Assembly (NCBI RefSeq): GCF_964213995.1
Contig: NC_135801.1
Location: 8,060,001 to 8,124,000 of the forward strand
DNA from: Mustelus asterias
Lineage: Eukaryota
DNA length: 64,000 bases
Reading direction: 5' to 3'
Made by a program: the position numbers and the translations under genes
The notes under the pieces: model-generated
Database searches by the model: none
The model's input: the letters and a program-made list of their open reading frames with translations, nothing else
What the model was told of the DNA's origin: nothing
Part shown: positions 1-12,468 of the stretch, piece by piece
Position numbering within the stretch: position 1 is the first letter of the stretch
How the letters are laid out: each line of letters opens with the position of its first letter

Positions 1-430
1 ATCGGGCCTCCCTCAGCCCTCCCCCCCTCACCAGAGAACGATCAGGCCCGCCTCCCCCTCCCCTCCCACCATCGATCTGAGTCAGAGAGCCGTTGGAAGC
101 TCTGAACTTGCCTCTTCAGCAGCTGGAGCGCCTGAAACAGACTTTTATTTAGCATGTCCATTTCGGCCTAATTCTGGATTGGTGAACGTGGTGGTAAAGG
201 GGGAAATGTTGATAAAGCTGGGCGGGCCGTTAATTAATTCAATTTAAATGCATGCAAATGCATTTAAATCGCCGTTGCGCCCGTTTTGGGCGTGAATCGG
301 ATCGCAGCCATTCCCGGGCCTTGGTAAAGTGGCCATCTGTGCGGGCGCGGATTGCATTAATGGCCTCACGCCCGACTTTACCACGTTTTCATGCCCGAAA
401 ACGGGCGTGACGCAATGGTAAAATCGGGCC
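1..430. mobile_element. Right end of a GC-rich non-autonomous DNA transposon (PIF/Harbinger-like)
   Basis: CpG-rich block ending GGTAAAATCGGGCCC, the same terminal motif as the small MITEs elsewhere in the window. Left end lies outside the window. Confidence 0.5.
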
Positions 431-479
431 CGTTGTCTCACATTAAAGCTCCACCTGCCAAATTTTTGCTCACTCACTG

Positions 480-1600
480 AGTCCATCCATATCCCTTTGC
501 AGAATCTCTACCTCCCCTTGACAACTTCCTGTCCACCTTGGTATCATCGGCAAATGTAGTTATCATAAATTCATTCCAAGTCATTGATACAGATTCTAAA
601 CAGCAGAGGTCCAGCACTGATCCTTTGGCCTCTACAAGTTACAACTTGCCAACCCAAAAAGTACCTATTTATCACTACTCTAACCAATGCTAACCAATCC
701 TTAATTATTGGTATCCTTAATTGTGTCACCCCCTAGACCGTGTTCTTATCTTGTGTACTAACATTTAAATGCCTTTTCAAAATGCAAGTACACTCCATTT
801 ACACATTCCCCTTTCATCCACCTTTCCTTGAAACTCCTCAAAAACTCTAATAAATTAGTTAAACTTACTTTCCCTTTCACAAATCCATGTTGACTCTGCC
901 TGATCCCATTATGATTTTCTACATATCCTGCTATAACTTTGTTAATAATGAATTCCAGCACTTTCCCTATGAGAGATGTTTGGCTAGTGGGCCTACAGTT
1001 TCCTGGTTTCTGTCTCACTCCTTCCTTGAATAGAGGTGTCACATTGGCTATTTCCAAATCTACTGGGCCCTTCCAGAAGTGAAGGAATTTTGGAAGTTTA
1101 TAACCAATGCCTCTACTATCTGTGCCACCACTTATTTTATGATTCTAAGATGCAGGCCATCTGGTCCTGGGGACTTGTCAATCTTCAGGTCTGATAGTTT
1201 TTCCAGCACCTTTTCCCTGGCAATGGTGATTGTTCCTCCACATTTTTCATCTCTTAATTTTCAGGTATCTTTGGAAAGTTTTCTAAGTCTTTTGCAGTGA
1301 AGACAGGCACAACAAACTGTTCAATATTTCCGCTATTTTCTTCTTTTCCATTATCAGTTCCCCAGATCCACCCTTTGGAGGACCAGCTTTAGTTTTAATT
1401 ACTCTTTTCCTATTTAAGCACTTGTAAAAAATCTGACTATCTGTTGCTATATTACGAGCTAACTTTCTCTCATACTCTAATTTCCTCACTCTTTTTTTTT
1501 AGACATTCTTTGCCGGCTCTTAAAATTTGTTCAATCTTCTCTCCTGCCACTATACTTTGCAGATTTCTACACTGCTTGCCTCAGTTCGATGCAGTTGGAT
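480..1600 (-). mobile_element. CR1/HER1-type LINE ORF2 fragment (degenerate)
   Basis: ANVTPLFK..RQKPGN.RP.S.TS, SQHGFVKG..LTNLLEF and FYKCLNRKR motifs, with frameshifts. Confidence 0.9.
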
Positions 1601-1724
1601 TTTATCCATGTGATTTTTATTATATACTCTCCTCCACTGACTGCATTTTACTGGAGGATAACCCTGCTATAATCGGGAGACTTTGCCATAGTTTCATTCA
1701 GGGTTCTGTCTGCTGGCGAAACTT

Positions 1725-2375
1725 TGATTTGATTTTGATTTGATTTATTATTGTCACATGTATTAACACACTGAAAAGTATTGTTTTTTGCACGCTATAC
1801 AGACAAAACATACTGTTCATAGAGAAGGAAAGGAGAGAGTGCAAAATGAAGTGTTGCAGTCATAACTAGGGTGTAGAAAAAGATCAACTTAATGTAAGGT
1901 AGGTGCATTCAAAGTCTGACAGCAGCAGGGAAGAATGTTCTTGAGTCGGTTGGTACGTGACCTCAGACTTTTGTATCTTTTTCCCGATGGTAGAAGGTGG
2001 AAGAGAGAATGTCCCGGGTGCGTGGGGTCCTTAATTATGCTGGCTGCTTTGCCGAGGCAGCAGGAAGTGTAGACAGAGTCAATGGATGGGAGGCTGGTTT
2101 GCGTGATGGATTGGGCTACACTCACGACTTTTTGTAGTTCCTTGCAGTCTTGGGCAGAGCAGGAGCCCATACCAAGTTGTGATACAACCAGAAAGAATGC
2201 TTTCTATGGTGTATCTGTAAAAGTTGGTGAGAGTTGTAGCGGACATGCCAAATTTCCTCAGTCTTCTGAGAAAGTAGAGGCATTGTTAGGCTTTCTTAAC
2301 TATAGTGTCGGCATGGGGGATCAGGACAGGTTGTTGGTGATCTGGACACCTAAAAACTTGAAGCTCTCCACCCTT
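1725..2375 (-). mobile_element. Rex1/Babar-type LINE 3' fragment
   Basis: LQKVV..AQSITQTSLPSIDSVY...IIKDPTHPGHSLFHLLPSGKRY C-terminus and an (AAATC)n tail. Confidence 0.85.
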
Positions 2376-2581
2376 TAAAAGTAGCCTCCAGAAAAATACG
2401 CTTTGGCTTCCTCTAAAATGGATTGATTGCTGTGAGTTCTGCTGTAAATCCTACCCTGCAACAAACTCCACCCCATCCTGCTCCGCCCCGTCTCCCCCCT
2501 CCCCCCCCCTCCTCCCCCCCACCCCAAACCCACATCATAAAAGCTTTGGACTAGTCTAGGAAGGGCTGACAAAACAGAAGG

Positions 2582-3275
2582 GGGAGGCAATGGCCGAGTG
2601 GTATTATCACCAGATTATTAATCCAGAAATTCAGTTAATGTTCTGGGGATCTGTGTTCGAATCCTGGTGGTGAAATTTGAATTCAATGAAAAATATCTGG
2701 AATTAAGAATCTACTGATGACCCTGAAACCATTGTCAATTGTCAAAAAAAACCATCTGGTTCACTAATGTCCTTTAGGGAAGGAAATCTGCCGTCCTTAC
2801 CTGGCGTGGCCTACATGTGACTCCAGAGCCACAGATATGGGCGGCATGGTGGCACAGTGGTTAGCACTGCTGCCTCTCAGCGCCAAGGACCTGGGTTCAA
2901 TTCCTGACTTGGGTCACTGTCTGTGCGGAGTTTGCACATTCTCCGCGTGTTTGCGTGGGTTTACTCCGGGTGCTCTGGTTTCCACCCACAGTCCAAAGAC
3001 GTGCGGGTTAGGTTGATTGGACATGCTAAGTTAACCCTTAGTGTTCCGGGATGTGTAGGTTAGAGGGATTAGCAGGGTAACTAAGTGGGGATAGGGTCTA
3101 GGGGGGCGTCTGTTGTTGGTGCAGACTCGATGGGCCGAATGGTCTTCTTGTGTACTGTAGGGTTTCTATGATTTATATGTGGCTGACTCTCAATTGTCCA
3201 CTGAACAAGGGCAACTAAGGATGGGCAATAAACGCTGGCTAGCCGGTGGTACCCATGTTCCATGAATGAATTAAA
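2582..3275 (+). mobile_element. tRNA-headed SINE family B interrupted by an HE1 SINE (about 2838-3172)
   Basis: A/B-box head, body shared with about 10 copies, tail GGGCAATAAATGCTGG. The HE1 copy splits the body. Confidence 0.85.
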
Positions 3276-3899
3276 AATTAACTTACTAGGATGAAGTCTA
3301 ATGAATGGCCAAACATCCAGCACTGACCGGGATTCTCCAGGAATGGTGGACCCATGAGAAATTTCACAGGGAACATCAGCAAAAAAGGTCTCTCTCTTCC
3401 ATTTTCTTTTAACGCTTCTTTATATTAGATGTAAAGTTATCAGAGGTGGCATAAAAGGCTGTTTGTTTGGTGTGGGGGTTTAAGATTGTGGAATTAAAGT
3501 TCTAGGAATATATCTGGTTAGAGCCGATTGTTGCATATTTTATATATTTTGTTCCCCTCACTGCGAAGCAGAGATGACACTATTTACTATGTGGCACAAG
3601 AGTTTTAAAACATCTCTGCAATCACAAAATGCCCGCACCATGCTTATCCCAGCTCTAGCTCCCAGGAATTTGCCCTGAGTCCTCACCCAGTCTCAGCCAA
3701 TCAAGCACAGTGAGCATGGATCAGTTGCCAGACTTGAACACTGCGAGGAGGTGCATAACTGGAACCCTCAAGTCGACCTGAACACCCTGGCTACCCGTGC
3801 TGGCACACATCACGCCCGTGCCTCCCCCACAAAAATCTCAATCCGCCACGATGTCGCCACCCATGGAGCTTAGCGAATCGAGGAAAACAAATGCCTTTT

Positions 3900-4213
3900 T
3901 AAAGTTTATTTATTAGTGTCACAAGTTGGCTTACATGAACACTCTAATGAAATTACTGTGAAAATCCCCCAGTCACCACACTCTGGCTCCTGTTCGGGTA
4001 CATTGAGGGAGAATTTACCATGGTCAATGCACCTAACCAGTATGTCTTTCAGACTGTGGGAGGAAACCAGAGCACCTGGAGGAAACCCATTCAGACACAG
4101 GGAGAACATGCAAACTCTACACAGACAGTGACCCAAGCGGGGAATCGAAACTGGATCTCTGGCACAGTGAGGCAGTAGTGCTAGCTATTGTGCCACTGTG
4201 CCACACCGTGCCT
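3900..4213 (-). mobile_element. HE1-head SINE with alternative 3' tail
   Basis: HE1 head and core followed by a TTCTCCCTCA..TGTGACACTAATAAATAAAC tail. Confidence 0.85.
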
Positions 4214-4844
4214 CCCCACCCACCAGGATTTCAGCAATGTCCCTCACTTTCTCTTAAAGTCACATTAGCCTTTTGGACCCCTGCTCAACACCTCAGGCAA
4301 TGCGTTTTGACCCAGAAGAAACATGGGAGAATTGAATGGTCCTCACAAGAAGTCATCAAGAAACACTGAAGGTTGCTGGTTTTTGAGGCCAAAACATTGT
4401 GTGATTTCAAGCAGAAATTAGATATAGCTCTCAGGGCTAAAGGGAATCAAGAGATATGGGGAGGATGGGGGGAAGGGGTGATCAGGATATTGAATCTGAT
4501 GATCAGCCATGATCAAAATGAATGGCGGAGCAGGCTCCAAGGGCTGAATGGCATACTCCTGCTTCTCGTTTCTATGTTTCTATGACCTCCCACATAGCTC
4601 AAGGACATCCCCAAATAGCATCCGTGCAAACCACGGGCAGATGAGAATACCTGATGTATAAATGGAAAGTTAAAAACCCTCCTGTCTGTGCAATTGTGGG
4701 TCACCCAGAACATAGACCCATAGAATCCCTATGGTGCAGAAAGAGGCCATCCGGCCCATCGAGTCTGCACCGACTCCCTGACAGAGCATATAACCCAGGC
4801 CCAACCCCCCACTTTATCTCCATAACCCGACGCATTTACCCCAC

Positions 4845-5238
4845 TAATCCCTCTAACCTACACATCTTGGGACACTAAGGGGCAATTTAGCATATCCAAT
4901 CCACCTAACCTGCACATCTTTGAACATTAGGGGGAAATTTAGCATGGCCAATCCACCTAACCTGCACATCTTGGAGCACTAAGGGGCAATTTAGCATGGC
5001 CAATCCCCCTAAGCTACACATCATGGGACACATATGGGCAATTTAGCACGGCAAATCCCTCTAACCTACACATCTTTGGACACTAAGGGGCAATTTAGCA
5101 TGGTCAATCCACCTAACTTGCACATCTTTTGGACACTAAGGGGTAATTTAGTACAGCCAATCCCCCTAACCTACACATCTTGGGACACTAAGATGCAATT
5201 TAGCACTATCAATCCACCTAACCGGCACATCTTTGGAC
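4845..5238. repeat. Tandem array of about 7.5 copies of a roughly 52-bp HE1-derived unit
   Basis: Repeated GACACTAAGGGGCAATTTAGCATGGCCAATCCACCTAACCTGCACATCTTTG, contiguous with an HE1 3' end at about 4710-4845. Confidence 0.9.
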
Positions 5239-5759
5239 AGGCCAGGGAACACATAGTGACTCAACACCTGACTCGTAAATATGGAGGAGGTTTTACAGTG
5301 ATACACATCACTACACCTGATGCAACTTCCCGGCTGGACCGCCTCGATGAAAATGATAGTTGTTGCTCTGTACCCAGCCCTTCGACAGAGGAAAGAGTTA
5401 CCAGACTCACACAATGAAACAGTGGAATACGACAGTGGTAACTGCAGGCAGAGCAGCATGGTATAAATCCCAGCGCCAATGTCTCATTACAAATTCAGGC
5501 AAAATTATGCAATTGGGAAATTTTATAACTTGCAATCGCCACCAAGTCTTTGGGTTCTCACTCCAATTATTCCGTCTTCCATTTTTCACTGCAAGAATTT
5601 GATTCCCCTTGAGCAGTCATGAGCTGCGATTTTCTGCCCTGACTTAAAGCCAGCATTAAAAAAAAATCAAGTCTGAAGCTTAATCCTAATTGCTTAAGTA
5701 GAACTGAAAAATCCAAGCCTTCAATTAGCTATTTTACCACATTTACGCACTGGTCATGG

Positions 5760-6560
5760 AGTCATAGAGGTTAACAACATGGAAACAGGCCCTTTGGCCC
5801 AACTTGTCCATGCCGCCCCTTTTTTTTTAAACCCCTAAGCTAATCCCAATTGCCTGCATTTGGCCCATATCCCTCTATACCCATCTTATCCATGTAATGA
5901 CACGGTAGCACAGTGGTTAGCACTGCTGTTTCACAGCTCCAGGGACTTGGGTTTGATTCTTGGCTCGGATCACTGTCTGTGTGGAGTTTGCACATTCTCC
6001 TTGTGTCTGCGTGGGTTTCCTCCGGGTGCTCCGGTTTCCTCCCACAGTCCAAAGATGTGCGGGTTAGGTTGATTGGCCGTGCTAAAATTGCCCCTTAGTG
6101 TGTAGGTTAGAGGGATTAGTGGGTAAAATATGTAGGGATATGGGGGTAGGGCCTGGGTGGGATTGTGGTCAGTGCAGACTCGATGGGCCAAATGGCCTCT
6201 TTCTGCACTGTAGGATTCCATGATTCTATGAACTGTCTGAATGCTTTTTAAAAGACAAAATTGTACCCGCCTCTACTACAACCTCTGACAGCTTGTTCCA
6301 GACACTCACCACCCTCTGTTGCCCCTCTGGACACTTTTGTATCTTTTTCCTCTCACCTTAAACCTATGCCCTCTAGTTTTAGACTCCCCTACCTTTGGGA
6401 AAAGATATTGACTATCTAGCTGATCTGTGCCCCTCATTATTATGTAGACTTCTATAAGATCAGCCCTCAGCCTTCTACGCTCCAGAGAAAAAACTCTCAG
6501 TCTATCCAGCCTCTCCTTATAGCTCAAACCATCAAGTCCCCGTAGCATCCTGGTCATCTC
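5760..6560 (-). mobile_element. CR1/HER1 LINE 3' fragment interrupted by a plus-strand HE1 SINE (about 5898-6230)
   Basis: RMLRGLDGLSYKERLDRL.VFSLERRRLRADLIEVY...TRGHRFK. Confidence 0.9.
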
Positions 6561-6614
6561 AACAAGTGAAGTGAAGTGAAGGCAAATGTTTGGCCTTGTT
6601 GGTAAATCTCGATC

Positions 6615-6910
6615 TCAGATGAGACACCAAACTGAGACATTAGACTCTGCCTTCTCTGGTAGACGTAACAGATCCCATTTCAAAGAAGGGTGAGAGTCAC
6701 ATTCCCAGTGTCCTGGCCAATGCTTATTCCTCAGTCGACATCAGGAAAAGGAATCATTTGGTCATTGTTATGCTGCTATTTGTGGGAGTTTGCTGTGCGC
6801 AAATTGGCTGCTGCATTTCCTACATTACGACAGTGACCACACTTCCAACGTACCTCATTGGCTATTAAATGTTTTCATGCCGGTGTTAATTTATAGATGC
6901 AAACCTTTCT
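6615..6910 (+). mobile_element. Deu-domain SINE (SacSINE1/AmnSINE1-like)
   Basis: Segments resembling CAGGTGGACGTAAAAGATCCC, TGTCCTGGCCAA and GCTGTGCGCAAATTGGCTGC. Related copies at about 23940-24200, 29160-29500, 61395-61620 and 62370-62596. Confidence 0.75.
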
Positions 6911-6924
6911 CATTAGGGCGGTAT

Positions 6925-7515
6925 AAAGTTAAAGTTCATTTATTAGTCACAAGTAAAGCTTACATTAACACTGCAATGAAGTTACTGTGAAATTCCCCTA
7001 GTCGCCACAGTCTGGCGCCTGTTCGGGTCAATGCACCTAACCAGCACGTCTTTCAGAATCTGGGAGGAAACTGGAGCACCCAGAGGAAACCCACACAGAC
7101 ACGGGGAAAGCGCGCAAACTCCACACAGTGACCCAAGCCGGGAATTGAACCCAGGTCCTTGGCGCTGTGAAGCAACAGTGTTAACCACTGTGCTACCATG
7201 CCTGCCCTCTCTGGTAGACATAGCAGATGGTAGCACAGTGGTTAGCATGCCTCACAGCACCAGGGATCCGGGTTTGATTCCCAGCTTGGGTCACTGACTG
7301 CCGAGTTTGCACGTTCTCCCCATGTCTGCATGGGTTTCCTCTGGGTGCTCCGGTTTCCTCCCACAGTCTGAAAGATGTGCTGGTTAGGTGCATTGGCCAT
7401 GCTAAATTCTCCCTCAGTGTACCTGACAGGTGCCGGAGTGTGGCGACTAGGGGGTTTTCACAGTAACTTCATTGCCGTGTTAATGTAAGCCTACTTGGAA
7501 CAATAATAGATTAAC
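6925..7515. mobile_element. Two alternative-tail SINEs head-to-head (6925-7207 minus, 7228-7515 plus)
   Basis: Same family in opposite orientations, about 20 bp apart. Confidence 0.85.
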
Positions 7516-8894
7516 TTAAAACAATATCCATTTTCTTCGGCCTTATGATGCCTCTTACGTTAAAGGCTCTATCTGCAAGTTGTTGTTCATTATTTATAGA
7601 GCTACACAAAGCTTACAGCAGGCAAACAGGCCATTCAGCTCATCTGCTCCATGCTGACATTCATGCTCCACACTATCCTCCTCTCATCCTACGTTATCTG
7701 ATCCTATCAGGAATTTCCCCTTTGTTGTCACAGGTCACAAATAAAACTGTTCATTTTAAAGATGCCACAAAAATGCAAGATGCCGCTGTTGTAAGATTTA
7801 TTCCTTCTGGCTCGGATTGATTTTTCCTTTTGTCTTCTATGTGTTCTCATCCAGGCCATCTGGCTTCTCTTTCTTCCTTAATAACATGCTAATTTGCCAG
7901 GTTTTATTTCCAATGGATTGCTTAATGCTGCAAAAATAAAAGCATTTCTCCTCAACGCCGATGTGGAAGGTCCCCAGTGGGCGGTAAATACTAAATGACC
8001 TGGTTAGTGACAAGATTCTGCTCTGTTATCTCCTAAATGGATAATGTTCTGGGAATTAGATACTTCAGGTAAAGTCGCTCACCCGTAACTTTTGTAAATG
8101 TGTGTGTACACGTACAGATGCACAAAGACAAAAGGGACCTGTGTAACATTAACCAGTGCATCAGAGAAAAATCAGGAAATGTACAAGGCTGGCAGAGACC
8201 AAGGTGGAGGAATTAGATATTGAGAAGCTGGACCCGGATTGGTAAAAACCGAACTAGACTAAACATAGAAGCTCGAAGCAGGAGGAGGCCATTCAGCCCT
8301 TCGAGCCTGCTCCGCCATTCATTTTGATCGTGGCTGATCATCGAATTCAATATCCCGATCCCTGCAAGCAGCTTCCCATCTGAGGCCTTGTCCACCCCAC
8401 CGTAAAATCGTACCTGGGCCAGGGCAGGCAGTGTCCCGGAGGGAATCCCATCCGTGCAATTTCATGCTCACCCCCCCCCCCCCCCCCTCCACCCACCTCA
8501 AAGTAGTGAGGGTCTCTCGTTCTGTATGACCGTGCATCTGGTTGTGTCTTTGAACAGGCAGAGCAGCCAGATGTGCATGTGAACACATGTACGAGAACCC
8601 AAAAACACCAGGAGCAGGAGTAGACCATATAGCCTGCTGAGCCAGATCCACCAGCATTCAATACAATCGTGGCTGATCTTCAGCCCTCAACTCCACTTTC
8701 ACACCATCTCCCCAAACCTTCACACATAGCCAACATGAGGAAGTTAAGCTTGGGTTCAGCTTGAAGGTAAGGCTTTGCTTACGATCACAGCAGATTTGCG
8801 TTTTTATTGGGTTTTTTTCTGGAATAACTGGAAACGTTGTGAAAACTGTATTCTCTTCACTCATAGGCCATTCTGCCCTTCAGACTTATTCCAC

Positions 8895-9440
8895 CTGCTC
8901 TGACCAAGACCGCAAGAAACTACAAAGGGTTGTGAACGTAGCCCAGTCCATCATACGAACCAGCCTCCCATCCATTGACTCCGTCTGCCTCGGGAAAAGC
9001 AGCCAGCATAATCAAGGACCCCATGCACCCCGGACATATTCTCTTCCACCTTCTTCCGTCAGGAAAAAGATCCAATAGTCTGAGATCACGTACCAACTGA
9101 CTCAAGAACAGCTTTGTAATAAGTTCTCAGAGGCAGAAGTCCCTTCACCAAAATCCCCTTATTTACAAGTCTGACAACAGCATACAGAGCGCCTTCAGTT
9201 GGCAGTCTCCACTCGGAGTCCCAGAGGAACTGACACGCCTGGTTAAATACAAAGCAAGAGGCTCCCTGATTGGCTCATCAATTTGGCCCTTAATCAGGGA
9301 GTTCATATTCTAACAGGCCCACCGCAACTAAAGTCGTTACAAGCTTCTTCCCTGCCGTCATCAGACTTTTAAACCATTCAACCATGTATTAAGCTGATCT
9401 TTCTCTTCACCCTGCCTGTAGCTGCAACATTATATTCTGC
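8895..9440 (+). mobile_element. Rex1/Babar LINE 3' fragment, split by a solo LTR
   Basis: DRKKLQRVVNVAQSII.TSLPSIDSV; the LINE sequence resumes after 9341. Confidence 0.8.
9115..9341 (-). mobile_element. Solo LTR, 227 bp
   Basis: TGTAA...TTACA ends and a perfect 5-bp TSD AGCTT (9110-9114 and 9342-9346). Orientation is tentative. Confidence 0.8.
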
Positions 9441-9504
9441 ACCCGATGTGGGAGCGTGGGTGGTGGGAGGAGCGTAAAATTTAGACCAATGTCTACAAAG
9501 TAAG

Positions 9505-9670
9505 ATGCAATGAAGCAAAAACAGAAAGTGCAGGAAAACCTCAGCAGGTCTGACTTGAAGGGTCATCCAGACTCGAAACGTTAGCTCGATTCTCTCTTCA
9601 CAGATGCTGTAAGACCTGCCAAGATTTTCCAGCAGTTTCTGTTTTTGTTTCAGATTCCAGCATTCGCATT
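9505..9670. mobile_element. Penelope-derived palindromic repeat with a broken hammerhead motif
   Basis: Inverted arms around TGAAGGGTCATCCAGACTCGAAACGTTAGCT. Same family as 39745-39885 and 50548-50681. Confidence 0.65.
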
Positions 9671-9914
9671 GTCTAAGATTCAATGAAGGTTCACTTAAAA
9701 ATCGAAAATGAAGCAGAAATTCAGAAATGATGAACAATTAGTTAATTGTAGACCCATCTAAGTTCCAAATGCAGTACAGTACATGCCAAGCTTAGACAAT
9801 CTGTCCCCATAATTTAGAGGCTAGGCCCTGGTATAATTCTGGTGAACTGGGCTGTCAGCCCTCAACGGCCATTATAATTGGGTGGCACCAGTTTGAATTG
9901 AACCCGGCAAAGCA

Positions 9915-10511
9915 CCTCAAAGCGCCAGGGACCCGGGTTCATTTCCGGCCTCAGGTCACTGTCTGTGTGGGGTTTGCACATTCTCCCCGTGTCTGCATGG
10001 GTTTCCTCCGGGTGCTCCGGTTTCCTCTCACAGTCCAAAGATAGAACCAGAGGGCACAACCTCAGGCTAAAGGGACAATCCTTTAAAACAGAGATGAGGA
10101 GGAATTTCTTCAGCCAGAGAGCGGTGAATCTGTGGAACTCTTTGCCACAGAAGGTTGTGGAGGCCAGGTCATTAAGTGTCTTTAAGATAGAGATTGATAG
10201 GCTCTTGATTGATAAGGGGTCCAGGGGTTATGGGGAAAAGGCAGGAGAATGGGGATGAGAAAAAAAATCAGTCATGATTGAATGGCGGAGCAGACTCGAT
10301 GGGCCGAGTGACCTAATTCTGCTCCTATGTCTTATCGCCTTATGGTCTTATGTACGGGTGAGGTTGATTGGCCATGCTAAAATTAACCCTAGTGTCAGGG
10401 GCAGGGTACATATGTGGGAAATAGAGCATGGGTGGGATTGTGGTTGGTGCAGACTCGATGGGCCGGATGGCTTCCTTCTGCACTGTAGGGATTCTATGAT
10501 TCTATTCTATG
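9915..10511 (+). mobile_element. HE1 SINE interrupted by a CR1 LINE 3' end (about 10043-10351)
   Basis: TRGHNLRLKG..FKTEMRRNFFSQRAVNLWNSLP lies between the two HE1 halves. Confidence 0.85.
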
Positions 10512-11632
10512 AAATTTCCAGAGGTGTGGTACCCAAAACTCAATGCAGTACTCCAGATGGGAGGTGACCCAAGGCTCTGCACAACCGAATCATCACTTCC
10601 TCACTAAAGCATTTCAACTCTCTGTTCGTCTTTTTGGATTTTATTTAAACCGTCTGTTCACTGTTCGTTATTTGTGAAACATGTTCAAAATGCAAATTAG
10701 CTACAAGTTTCACAGGAGCAATTTTCAGGGTTATGGGGAAAGAGTAGGGGAGCGAGGCTAATTGAAGAATCTCTCTCAAAGGACTGGCGTGACCACAATG
10801 GGCTAATTGACCTTCTGAGCTATGAATAATTTTCAGTGCTTTGAGCTAAGATGGCGCTATCTTTTAAAACGTCTGTGGAGATTGGACAGAATTAACCCAT
10901 AGATTTGAAATAATGGGGGGGGGGGGGGGGGGGATATTTATGAAGCACAGAGCAGTTGGTTTGAAAAGCTAACGATACATAAGGGATGCGAGTGAATTGT
11001 AATTAGATAACTGAGTAAAGGATGGCTTTACGGCCATTTCCGTTTTATTTTACAAAATGAATAATGGGCGAAACATGCAACATTTCTCCCAAATGTTTTC
11101 ACATTAAATTATATACTTGAAACAGGGAGCAATTAAAATGAAAACATCACGAAGATAGCAGATGTCATTACATGTAACGCGTTCAATTAGATGGAGGCTT
11201 ATGAAATGAGACTGAAGCCAATTGATTGAAATTCATTGTTAAATTGTATTCCTGGAGACTGACTCTCAATAAAAGAACTAAATGTTTCCTCATTGTCAAA
11301 TTATGCACTGGTTTAGTGAGTTAATGAGGCCATTTCTGATCCAGTACAACCACAACTGACTTGTCTGACTGTTGCCTCCCATGTCAAATGGCCTCTGATT
11401 AGGATCGCAAGAAAAATATTTGCCAATTTCATGATTATAAACTGTAACCTTGTAACATCCTTCTCCGCATCATGTGATTGAGACATGTTAATTACCAAAG
11501 TGCTGATGCTCCATACGTAACGCTGCCAACATTCCAGGATTGTCCTGGAGTTCCCGGTAACATTCGACCCAGCCAGTTCGTGCTGGTGTTTATGCTCCAC
11601 TCGAGCCTACTCCCATCCTCTGTCATTCCATA

Positions 11633-11890
11633 GGGTGGCACGGTGGCACAATGGTTAGCACTACTGCCTCACAGCGCCATGGATCTGGGTTTGATTCCTG
11701 GCTTGGGTCACTGTCTGCACATTCTCTGCGTGGGTTTTCTCCGGGTGCTCCGGTTTCCTCCCTCGGTCTGAAAGACGGGCTGGTTAGGTGCATTGGCCAG
11801 GCTAAATTCTCCCTCAGTGTAACCGAACAGGCGCTGGAGTGTGGTGGATTTTTAACGTAAGCTTATTTGTGACACTGATCAATAAACTTA
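11633..11890 (+). mobile_element. Alternative-tail SINE
   Basis: HE1 head plus the TGTGACACT..AATAAAC tail. Confidence 0.8.
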
Positions 11891-12155
11891 AATCTTATCT
11901 TTCCTCATCTAAATCTACCTTCGCAACCCTCTATTCTCCCCCCCCCCCCCCCCCACCCCCCTCAAATTCTTGTCTAACTTCCCCCTTGATGCAGACGAGA
12001 AGTAACCAACTTTTGTTCATGTGCATTCAAATGCTTCTCTGGTCACATAAATCCATGCAATTTTTAAAAAGATTGTTACGCAAAGTATGCGTCTCCTAAA
12101 GCTGCAAACACAAGGCCATGGAATAACACGATGGCTCCCTCAATAGCCGGAACTC

Positions 12156-12468
12156 GGCACAGTGGTTAACACTGCTGCCTCACAGCGCCAGGGACTCGAG
12201 TTCATATCCAGCCTCGGGTCACTGTCTACGTGGAGTTTGCACGTTCTCCCCGTGTCTGCGTGGGTTTCCTCTGGGTGCTCTGATTTCCTCCCACAGTCCG
12301 CAAGACGTGCTGGGTAGGTTGATTGGCCATGGTAAATTGCCCCTGAGTGTCAGGGGGATTAGCAGCGTAAACAAGTGGGATTACGGGAATAGGGCCTGGG
12401 TGGGATTGTTGTCGGTGCAGACTCAATGGTCTGAATGGCCTCCTTCTGCACTGTGGGGATTTTATGAG
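12156..12468 (+). mobile_element. HE1 SINE
   Basis: GGCACAGTGGTTA head, V-domain core and CTGCACTGT tail. Confidence 0.85.

Noticed and set aside
2838-2915. tRNA genes at SINE heads
   Set aside because: A and B boxes are present, but they run directly into SINE bodies without a complete cloverleaf.
4845-5238. CRISPR-like array
   Set aside because: Units are contiguous with no unique spacers, derive from a SINE, and the DNA is vertebrate.
7835-8088. Plus-strand exon of an antisense gene
   Set aside because: Acceptor-like and donor-like motifs exist, but there is no coding frame or homology to support it.
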